Shown here: one piece after another, positions 35,901 through 47,900 of the stretch | Layout of the letters: each line of letters begins with the position of its first letter | How positions within the stretch are numbered: position 1 is the first letter of the stretch | Assembly (NCBI GenBank): GCA_963924565.1 | Contig: OZ004614.1 | Location: 12,028,001-12,092,000 of the forward strand | Length of the DNA stretch: 64,000 nt | Direction: 5' to 3' | Origin: Ascidiella aspersa | Lineage: Eukaryota | Made by a program: the position numbers and the translations under genes | Notes under the pieces: model-generated | What the model saw: only the letters and a program-made list of their open reading frames with translations | Told to the model about the DNA's origin: nothing | Database searches by the model: none

Positions 35901-38900
35901 GTGTGTTATATTAAAAAAAATTAACCACGCGCTTTTCGTGTTTTTCATCGTTGGGAAACGTACCATGTTGGTGAGGTCGTCGTCCAACCTTGAAGAGGAT
36001 TCCGATACAGACTTGATGCCGTTTGGAGCCTTGTGGAACGGCGAGTTTTGCGCGGACGAAAATTCGTCGGTGCTGACGTCAGCTATGCATTCGCTGATGT
36101 CACAGCTGCTCAAACTGCTGGCGTCATCAAAACTAGACGGGGGGCGTTGACAAATAATTGCGTTACAGTTATTTTACTACTATACTACAGGAACTGTAAA
36201 GTATAGGTCCATAAAAGCTGTGTAAAACTTGGGAATCATAATAAGAGCGCACTTTATTTCGAGAGGCTAAAAAGTAAAAGTTTTATAACAAACGAAACAT
36301 TTTAAGATTTTATCACTGAACACGTTTATAAGCCTGCGAGAAACCTATGGCGCGACACAGGTGCGGGTTAGTTTTGATTGACACTCGTAAACCTACTTTC
36401 AACAAAAGGCGTAAAATTTACATCGGGGTTCCTTGGGGCGGCGGCTATTGCGATGTTTTCTTAGCAACAACAGGATTTTCCAATTAAATTTCGAAGTTTT
36501 TAAAATTTGTATACAATGTGACATGCTATTGCTACTCATAAATAAACTTTCAACTGAATCTAGGCAAATTGCCAGCTGATAACTACAACGAACCAGCATT
36601 AAACTCCTACTTCGTTAACGAGTGGTATTTTCAACTGTTTTCTCCCTGACAAAACTTTCATACTTTGACAATGGTTTAAACTTTAAACCATTAGAAAACA
36701 ATTACGCGATCGAAACTCAAAGAAAATGTAAACAACGCCTTAACCTAAAAAAAACTTGCGCTTTGAAAACGAGCTTTTCTGTACGAATTGAGCACATGAC
36801 TGCTGAGAAACAATTTCATAAAACCAGACTTGCTTTTCAGTCAACCAGCCCCGACCCTCGGGAACAAAAAAGTTCCCCGAGCAGCGAATTGCCCAATTCA
36901 CAACAGATCTACCTATCATCACTTCCGCATTAAGGCGGCCACGGCCAAACAGCGCCCAATCCACATGAGCTCGCAAGAAAATAAACCTAGGCGCGCTTGG
37001 ACGGGCAGCGGCCTTTTGTGCCAAAGGCCAATCAAACACGCCTGACAATAAACTCGTCTGCCCGTGATTCAATCGGCTGCGACGGGCAGTCGTCGGCAAG
37101 AACGCCTTACAATGGCCTGATTTGGGAAGTTGCTTTTCCGGGCGACATACAATCGCGTGGCTGGCTAAACAAATGATTGCCGGGGTGCTGTACAGGTCTG
37201 GATCTGCACGGCGACTGGCCTCGGGATAACTGGGCTTTAAATCCGGATGTTTACTACCAATCTTGACCCTGGAAGGATTAAAAGCAAACAAAAGTGTGCT
37301 ATTCTTGGTGTAAAATACTGATGGATTGCTAGTATGACAGCTCGTCTAACAAACGAAAAACCTATTATTGAACTGCTTTTTCTAGTTTCCTAGATAAAAC
37401 ATCTGTTACTATTAACTGTATTCTACCACTAAACTAATGTACGTGTCCTCTATTGTTACACGTCAAGCTGTACTGCACAGCAAAATCAACACAAATAATC
37501 CGTGCCGTTGTTAAGAAAACTATTTCACTAGTAATTTCAAGAATCGAACTTTACGGTTGTTTAAGCTTTCGTCAAATAGCATCTAACTAACCGGTCCAAA
37601 CACAGACGTTTACTATTACATCTGACTGCGCTATAAAACCAAGAACAGCAAAGGCAGTTCCGTGTTGTTGCCGCTTATATTCCACCTCGTAACTCGGCGG
37701 CAGAACAATGCTGGTGAAAACATCGCACCTATTTGAGCGGCGGGAGCCAAACAAAAAGCACGAGCATATACCGCTGTAGCAAGGGAGCGTCCCTCCAGAG
37801 TTGGCACCTACGCCACTATCTGACCTTGCACCTCGTAAGAGCGGCTCGAAAAAATGCACCTCGCTCTGCTGTTGGCTTACGCGCACTTTTTTTGCTTTGT
37901 CACACTATCGTTCCGGCGGCCGATCGAAGAGGATTATCTGGCGATTTGATCGATTGCTAATAACGAATTTTGATTGGTGCCTGGTGTTGTTTTAATGGCT
38001 TTTGGTAAGGAAGACGAATTTGTGTTGTACTGACCGAAACCGAAGGGAATGACGAAATTGTGATGCCTCAAACTGAAATAATAGTTTACGTGTCGTGTAT
38101 TTTTACTTATGTAACATTTATAGCTAATTTATTTGGTAATCTACAGTTAAGTATACCAATCACGTATTTTGTAGAATAACGGTCAAAGTCTAAGTAGAAT
38201 CATGCCGTACAATATACACCGGGTGTTTTAACCTAGAAAAAACGCGTCTGTAACTGACATTGTTCTACATACAAAACTGCGCTGTACATAATCGTATGTC
38301 CTATAAACTCGCCAACTGCACCTGTTGTTAAAACAAAAGCCTTCGTCATGAATAGCTGCTCATTCTATTTAACAAACAACGCTCCTAGATCATACTCAAG
38401 GCTCGAAGGTGAAAACAAATCGATAAACAAATTGAGGTCGAGCGCTTATCGCCGCTAAGAAAACTCGAGGCACAACAGGGTAATTGCTTTTGCTTGTATA
38501 CGCTTAGCTGGGATTTGAAATGAACACTACACTATATCCGCACCGTCGTTTAAAGTGTTGGTTTAAGCGAGGCTTTTCCCGTTTAACTACTATCCAGTGC
38601 TGGCCTCTCGGGTGTTTGGAAGTAATAAGTGGATTACCTCTTTAAGGTGGTTGTCTAATTATAACAACCTGTCTGCGTTTAAATATTTAGTTACGCATAT
38701 ATTACATTCGCATGCAACAAATGGCAACAATTTCAATAAGCTTGCGTTAATTTAACTAATATTGCTTTCCGTAATCAAACTGTAATCAAAACAATGGATC
38801 GGCTCAATAAATCTACGGATAATTAGTCCAGCCTATTAAAATCCGTCAACCCTTGGACGGAATTGTAATAGAAAGTCGCCGGCTATTAATTTCAATATAC

Positions 38901-41900
38901 ACTTATACCTATATGTTGATTCACTAAATGCATTAGGCTGCTTAAGCTTCATAGATTAACGAGTAGAAAAAAGGCATAAAGTGCTTTTGGTTGCCACTGT
39001 AACACGATGGTTTCAACGCTGATTTATATTTTTTCTAATACAGGCTATAGGTTTTAACAGTTAGAGACGTTCTGTATTTCTAGCAAAGCAAAGTAAATCG
39101 ACACGATGTGTAGAAAATGTGCAAAAATGCATACATAAATGATTAGACAAATTTGTTACAAGCTAATGCAAAAACATGCTTTGAAATTCAACTCACGTCT
39201 CATTGTTTCCGTCCTCGGGTGAAGCGATTGCGTCGCCTTCACTGACGTAACCGGCGGTGACGTCATGCCAGGCGCGGCGTGTCGTGTAACGCGCTGAGCG
39301 AGTTCGCTGTAGCGAAGAAAAGCGACCTGTGCGAGGAAGCATTCATAGTACAGGGCGTTTGGTTCATAGACATTTTAAATTACAATAAATATAATTTTGC
39401 ATAAGGTGAAACAAAATTAATCGAGCAACAGGATTTAAAAAAAAAACCGACAGACTAGTAAAAACGGGTTATCTACGTAATTATTCCAATGGTTTTATTT
39501 TATTTGGTCCATTCGTTGATCCATATGTAATACCCTAATACGTTTTTTTCCCATTTTTTATCACGAGAATTTAAACGTTTCGGACTTTTTACCAGTTAAA
39601 TATACAAATGCCAATATTCCTCTGTACAGTGAATTGGTTTTAAGCAATTACAATTTAAATGTTAAAGCATTTAGGGAGGAAATTTAGATAATTATATAAA
39701 AGGCTATCTTAAACTTGAATGAAGAAAAACGAAGCAACACTTTTTATTTCTAAGAACTAATTAAGGATAAATGCAAATTATTATGACATTTTACGAGTTG
39801 CTCTAATATATTTATAATAATTGATTGAAAACATAATATTTCACATTTCGAAAAAGAGGCAACTGAAATCCATTAAAGTACTTCTCAAAATTGTAATAAA
39901 ACAAATGTAAGATTTACTGCTCCAGAACTTGAAAAACTAAGTCATGCATTTTGCCAATTGGTATATTCAGCTGTTTAAGAAAATCACCTGGCGCAAACTT
40001 ATAGCGCGAGTCATGACCCAGCGTTTCGCCGGCGTGCAGCTTCGGACTGTTGGCGTGCACACTCTGGCGGAACGTGAGCAGGTTGTTTTGCGATCGACAG
40101 AGAGCGTTAGAGCTCATTAAGGCAGGCGGGATGTCGGGCAGCTTGGCGACGATTTCGTCGTATTCTGAAAAAAAGAGAGAGGACGTTTCCAGATATACCC
40201 TAACTGAAAGCAAACCAATGTGGTAAAACATATTGATTTTGCTTTAATACATAAGTAACAACATTTTTACGATATCAGCAAATGCACACGTCATACAAAA
40301 ATCGCGAATAATAGTAAAAGGTATGCAACAAAAAGTGTGATATTTCATCAGTTAGCGAACCTACCTCCATCCAAATGGGCGGAAAGTCGTCTTTCGAACG
40401 CATCTCCCTTTTTGTGACGTAATTGGGTGTTACGTAACGATGACATGGTCTCCTCTAAGTTGTGTCTGCACCAATGCCAAAAATACAATATACCGTTAAC
40501 AAGATGTTGTGACGTTGATCGATTTATGTTGAAAAAACAAATTTCGATATTGTAAGAAAACCTATGAAACATACTTTCCAACATTTTTAAAATGTTAAAT
40601 TGTTTTAATATCGGTATAAAATTTTATTTTATTCTATTCTATCCTGAAACCTTAAAATATTATGTCTTCCCTTATACCTCCTAAACATATCGCTCACCGT
40701 AGATCGGCAATTCCCTTCACGGCTTGTTCCCGCGCCTCGGCCGGTGACGTGGCCATGACGTCACATTTTGGCGTGGACGCTGATGACGTTGGCGTCTGAA
40801 AATCAAATCAGCCTAGAATTGAAAGCCAGGAAGTATTTGTTAAACTAACATATCCAACAGGTGTTGAATTAAAACGAGGTTTTATATTACCAAAATATAT
40901 ACAAAAATTAAAAACTGGACAGGACTTTTTTTATAATTATAATAATTATACAATCTTTCAAAAAAAAAAAAACTGTTTTTTCTTAAAGTATTTCTAAAAT
41001 GTCTTTTTTTTAATTAATAACATTTTCTGAAATCATTGCATATGTTTTGTTTTTCTGATTTCAGAAAATGGCAACTGGGCAGGTCTTAATAAGAAAACTT
41101 ACATTCGGTTTTCGCTTTCTATCTGGTGTGGGGAAAGTCCGTACTTATCATTTTGTTTCAATACCGATACCAGATAATTCGGACAAAAAGTGTCTCGATC
41201 CGTTACGAAACTAAATGACTATTATTATTAACCTACACCATTTTTTTTGATGAATTCCACTTTCAAGGCAGACTTGCTGAGTTAAATCGCAAATCAAGTC
41301 TGAAATTTCTGTATCAATTTTAAAAGGGGTCAGTACCGATACCACCCTAGTATAGGACGAGTTTCGATACTGTAACTTGGCATCGGGCGTCGGCTCCAGT
41401 CCGACATTATCGTACATCTCTAACCTGAGGGAGTTCTGGTTTCGGCGGGGGTATCTCCTCTTTCAGGTCTTGGGGCCGATCTCTGTCAGAAACGGAGGGA
41501 TGTCGGATGAAAGGAGCCACAGTGGCGGTCTTCTGGGGCTTGCTGGTGGGCCGAGGTGAAGCCAGGCTGATGCTGACGGGCTCGTGGTGAACTGAAGATG
41601 GTTCGAACAAAGATTTTAGTGCAGTAGCGAGCAGGCGTTAGAATGAAACTGGCAGGCTGCGTGTGGTATTGGTTTAAACTCAGCGACAGACTATCGGATT
41701 TTAGTTCAACCGAAAATTTTTTTTAAGGCGGTTGACGATTGTCAACGCTGCAAAAACTTCCGCAGGATATTTTTTCAATCCGAAAACGCTTCTTTTTTTA
41801 TATCACATATAAAATACACAAAACAGGTTGGAGCATAATGGTTGGGAGGATTTAGTTAGAGGTAGTATAGGAATATCAAAGACCATATAAAAGTAGGTTA

Positions 41901-44900
41901 CATTTTGAACGTTGCGAATATATCTTTCTTCATTTTCCAAATCGACGTTGAAAATAAAAATTTAATGAATGAGGGTGAAATTAGCCCCTCCAGTAATATT
42001 TGGTTATCAACCTATAACCGGAATCGTTCGTAAACAACGTTTGGAGTAATAACTACACGACGACACGTTCTGGTATCGCGTTGTACATTTTCAAGCAACG
42101 ATTTACCACATGTCCGATAAAACCAAACTCCACGTTACAGACAATTTCTGAGTAAACTAAACGATATCCACGTATTTGTATACCAAGTTAGGCCTGCTGC
42201 GACTTACCCTGTGGCTGCTTTTCGCGGGGTAATGTTTTGCTGCCGGTCACCTTCGGTGAGATGTCGATGACGTCAAGGGGGGTTCGGGGGGGAACCGGGG
42301 GTGGTAAGGCTGAAAAATTGAGGACAAGTCGATAATGTTTTGGTTTTTAAAACATAATTGCATTCATAAAAAAATCATGTCAAGTGCCGTACTAATTTTG
42401 ATATGCTTTCCAGCGGTGATTTTGGTCTTACCGGAGTTAAATTTGTTATCACAATCACCTTACTCAGCTATTAGGCTTTAGTAGGCCGCGCGAAAATATC
42501 CTAAAATTGTACACTAGACTAGGTAAAATGTGATCCACACCCAAAGTAAACCTAGTAATACACGGTCTAACAAACTTTGGCAAAAACGAAATAACGAAAC
42601 TACTTACTTTCCATTGGCGATGGGGTTTCCGGCGTTTTCGGGGCAGGTTTTTCGGTCATGGGAGATTTTCGCTTTTCGGGCTAAAAAATATAAATAAACA
42701 GTTTGCACAACAATAAAAACTATAGCAGCCTATTTAAACATGATATAAAACAGCAACCATAGAAAGTAGCTAAATAAGAAAACGTTTCGCTAAAGGATCT
42801 AAAAATATCCCAAATTTGGTTTGGGATTCACTGTGTTATTTATTTCACAAAAACGTTCAGAAATATCCTTACCAAAACATATATGGTATACGTTTTTTAA
42901 CAGGTAAAACTTTTTTATTTTAATAAAAGGTTCGTTTAAAATGGTGATGAGCGTCTTACCGATTTGCCGAAAGCCTTGCCGAAGGAGGACTTAACACTCT
43001 TCAAACCCGAGGGCGATTTGAGGCCGTTCTTATTCACAGTCGAAAGCTTTGACTTTTTCATATCGCCCGGTCTTTCCAAGGTCTGAAAATAAAAATTTAA
43101 ATGAGGCAATTTGTGAATTAATTAACCTACTAACAAGAAAATGCAAATCAATGTGATCTGGATACAGCTAGAAAAATATTTTAAAGACAAGACATGTGAC
43201 ATTTTCCTTTAAATAAACCCTTCCTTGTTTCGCTTGCCTTTTCCCCGGAACTTCTCATGTCAATAAAAAATAATTTAATAAAAAAGTATTAAACTTACAG
43301 TTCCAAGATTCTGTGGTCTCGGTTTAGCGGCGGACAGGGTTCGCGACGTAGGGGGGCACGATTCGGCACGTTTCTTGTTAGCGGCCGACTTCTCGGCAGG
43401 CGAGGTGGACCTCGACTTCCCAGATGACGTCACCGACTTTGATGACGTATTTTCGGAAGGGGTGGCCGAGCCTAGTTTCTTAATGCGACTGAAAACCGAC
43501 TTGCCCTCCGGTCTCTTTAGCTGCGTACTCCTGGTTTGAGTCGAAGGCGCCTGAAGTTTGGTACGCGACGTTGTTGATGGCGTCACGTCGGCGTGGTTTC
43601 TCGTCGATGACGTCACGGACTTTGGTTCGACATTGCTTCGCGACGACGCGGCGTTCGAGCGTGCTTCCGGGCGTCGATTTGAGCCAGCAACAGATGACGT
43701 GACGTGCCTAGAAGGTGGGTTGGATGACGTCACGTGTTTCGGGGCTGCGTTCGTTGACGTCAGAGTTCGTTCGGGGTCGTGGCTGGACACCCTGGTTGGG
43801 GGAACGGGCTTCGCGTGGCCATTCAGTTTGGCGGATCTGGAGTTGGTGGCAAGTTTTGATTTTTTCTCGAGAGTCCCGCTGCCGCTGGAGGGCGGGCGAC
43901 GCTGCACGTTGGACGCCGGGCTTCCGAGTTTTGATTTCTGGAAACACAGCGGGTGGTTAATTAATATTTTACATTGTTATTTGATTCAAAAGTGGTGGTA
44001 TTGTTTAACATATATTTAAGGATCTTTTAAACAATAAAATTGGATATGCTGGAAAAATAATTAAATGTTAAGACATAATCTTTTTTTCGTAACAAGCAAA
44101 CCCTTTTTTATATTTAATAAATAATATTAAGTTGAAAATACCATTGTTTTTTAAAAGTCTTTTAGTTTTTGCTTTCGTGTGTACACTTATTAAACTCACT
44201 ACTCTGCCAACAAAACTAGTTTATTGATCAGACGGTGTTATCACTGCATCCGACAGTTAACTCACCTTTATAAATTATTAACCGCCCATTAAATTTACAA
44301 GGCTTTAGGCACTGAACACGCTATAACCCATGCAAAATGTAACTTAATTTCAATCATGCAATAGAAAACCGCAATTTTAGGATAATGCACAAAAATATTG
44401 ATTGATCTAAATAAATGGGGACATGGGTAGTTTGTATTAAGTCGAATATGCCGGTTGATTATGAACCGCTAATCACCTTTATGGCATCTGATAATAATTG
44501 TAGGTAAAAAAATACTTCCAATATTTGAAATATTCGATAGACGCTTTGAATTCATTAAAAATGCACGCAAAGCAAGGTTTTTACAGTAAAAAATCGATTC
44601 GTATACTAACAACTGCCAAATTCAGCTTGCACGCTTTAGTTTGGTCGCCTTTTCGAAAATATACTTAGGAAAGATCAGAATAGATAAGATAATTTAGTGC
44701 TGAAAAACGAAAATGCATATTTAACAATTTGAAAACTACAACGTTTTTGAGTGTGTCTTTTACACATTTTTTGATAACACTCGCAATAAGGATCAAAAAT
44801 TTAAACAATCCATCAAATAAACGACTGAGAAATTCGAACCGCGCTTAAACCGCGCTCTATACCATGTATATCTTTAATTAGTACGAACCTGTAGTGAGTT

Positions 44901-47900
44901 GGTGTGGGTTTTTGGAGCAACAAGCCGCGTGGTGGCGCTGTGCTTGGTGCTCATCGACTTGCTGCGCCACCCAGCGTCGGTATTGTTCGCAGGTGGCTCG
45001 TCGTTTTGGGGATTTGTAGGTTCGGATACTAAAAAGTAAGTCGTTCCTTAATCACTAAGACGATAGTCAAAATGCAAAAAAAAAAGAAAATATTGAGTAT
45101 TATGTCGATTTTTTCCTGGCTGAGTTGTTTTAAGCAAAAAAACAAATGAATTAACGTTCGGTTCACATAAATTGTGGCCCGCTCTATAGGTGGAAATTAT
45201 ATTTAAAAAAGTCAACTTCCTGGATTGAATTGTAACCGAGGCCAATTTAAATTGATTTCAAAAATAAGTTTAAAGCAAAAAATATATAGGCTATTGCCAA
45301 CATAAACCAACATCTTGGCCAAAAACGCTTTTCAAACATGTCACTTACACTAAACACGCTAAAATATCACTGAAAATTTGGGCACTGCACCAAGAGCTAA
45401 TTTCGCAAAATTACTAGAACTTACCTGGGTTGATCCGAGTGCGGTCGTTTGCGTTGAAGCTTTTGCTTTTTCTGTTTACCGAAACAGCCGTCGGAGGGCG
45501 CAGCGTGCGCCGAGGAGTTGACCTGTGGAAAAGCATTTTTTTTGCACAGGTCAAACTAGATTTACTTTTAGTAACAAATGGAACTACGCCGGACGTTCTT
45601 AAACTGTGCGTCGCTGCGTCCTGGGGAAGGACAAAATGATTTCGTTACGTATCTAAACTTCATTGCAATAATAAGATTCTCGCAGACATTATTGTGGCAT
45701 GACTTGTGAAAATTTTAGTAAAATTGAGTTAAATTACTGTTTGGTTGGTGCGTCAAAATTCCAACAAACTTTTTCCAATTAGTTGCGAAAAAAAAGTTTG
45801 AGAAACACTGAACTACGCGATAAATAGGGTATGTGGTAAACGTATCCCAAAAGCTTGCAACTATTAGGTATACATGAATTTCTACTAAATTAACATCAAA
45901 ACGGTGCAGGAGTAAGTTTTGTGCGCGCTGCGCTATATATACGCAAAAGTTGTTAAACGAACAAGTAAATGCCGTTTTAAGGCTACAAGCGTTTTGGGTC
46001 GCCTCAACTCACTTGCAATCGGCCATCTTGAACTGTTCTCCCTTTTGCTTGAAACGGGACAAGTGAAAGAACAAGGCTAGCACACACTTGAGCTCTCGTC
46101 GGTACAAACCTGAAAACATAGAAATAGACAGTATTTTTTTAATTGGAATTGACAGTATTTTATCAAATAGCAAATAATATGCCTTACTCTTTGTTTCGGT
46201 TAAGAAAATCATTTGTTATCCCTTAAAATGCCACATATATTTTATTCTAGCTTAATGATATATGTCAAGGCCAAATAGGTCGAGTAAATCCACATAATAT
46301 TCATAAATATTAGGCTCTGACATTTATCATAGCTACGTTACAGATCCGTGCATAGGGTACCTAAGTACATTGTGCTATGTTCAAGGTTAGTTGTTAAAGG
46401 TTTATTATTCTGACACATGCGTATTTTTAACGGCTGACAGTTATATATTTCATCTGTGCTATCAGGCATCTTCCAAGATCAGGTAATGGCCGGTTTGGAT
46501 AATTTAAAATAAAATAATCATTCTATTTATAAGACACCTGTGATTTTATTATTGTTTTATATCAGTGACGTTGCTACGATTTTAGGTGTTACGCGCCGTA
46601 CGTCATGAATCGACTTACCCTGGGCGGTGACGTCATTCAAAACGACGCGATGCGACTCGAGGACCTTGAGGCATCGGTCGATGTTGTGAAGCTGAAAGTG
46701 AAAGACCTGGTTAGCTTCAGCTAATGCTCTTTCACACGAACTTAAATTGCTTATATAAGGTATCTTTGTAACCGAATGACTCCATGTTTATGGTATACTT
46801 TACATGTACAGCTAGACTGTTAGTAAAAGTGTGCTATGGAGAAAAAATAAAACCTTGGTATAACCGTGCAATGGTTTATCTGTATTTTAATTCACAAAAA
46901 GTAGGGCAATTGCAACAATCCATGTGGTTATGCACATACTTCACAAACGAAAAATAGTCAGTTTTTGAGTTAACTTGTTTGTTTGTTTTATGATAGCAAA
47001 TCAGTTCAACAGGAAATTATAAATAGGAAATTGTTGCAATATAGTGATTACATTTATATGACAATGTTAAACTACCATGATTCGATAAAAACACCTCAAA
47101 AAACTGATTGTGGCTTAAGAATTGATCTGCACACGACCCACCTTTTCTTTGGCTGTGGTTGGCTTGCTGTGGATCCTTTCGACGTGTTCGCCACCTGCGA
47201 CAAAATAACGCCGTTGGAATCAAATCGCCCGCCTGTGACCAGGTGCTTTTACCAGCGGGGTAACCCGGTTATTTCCCTGCGGGGCGCTGTTATTGCGGCG
47301 GGGGCCACGGCCATACGCGCGGGGAAAAGTTAACCCCGTATTTTGCGACGCCTTTGTCACAATGACTGTGCCCCAGTGGATAACAGGCGAAACAAATCCC
47401 CTACAGTGCAGAACAAATTCACACGGTAGGGGAAACAATTCGAGCGCAAGGTGTTGCTAAAAATATGACGAAGATTGATAAGGATTTTTATGCGCCCTAA
47501 AACTAACGAAGTGAATAAAAAAAACACAGATATTAACGAAAAACGCTGTTGTCCTTGGAATATGTCAATGGCCAACATTTATTGAGACGATATAAAAAGT
47601 TTTCAAAAGCCAAGCGTTTTGCAGCATTCCAAAAAAATTAACAGTTTTTCTGAGCGATTAGATATCTCGACAACCAACCATTGGTTTTATAAGAGGCACG
47701 CTTTATAGACTACACTAAGTTTGAAACGTCATACTAAAAAAATCGCAGTAATAGAAGAAAAAAATTATAGTAATAGTAAATATCTCGATCAGTCAAGCCG
47801 TACAATGCACAGTGGTTAAAACAAATCCATATAAGCTACAATAGCAGCAACTCACAGACAAAGTGTACGATATCGGCAAGTAGAACCCCGTCGCTAATGT

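Noticed and set aside
41211-41450. Alternative frame containing MYDNV (SH2-like motif) after exon 12
   Set aside because: Out of frame with exon 12, with an upstream stop and no usable acceptor.
43558-44019. 153-aa plus-strand ORF, and similar plus-strand ORFs over NAV and OTOP exons (e.g. 29849..30223, 4716..5009)
   Set aside because: Antisense shadows of GC-rich minus-strand exons; their DDVT repeats are the same palindrome read on the other strand.
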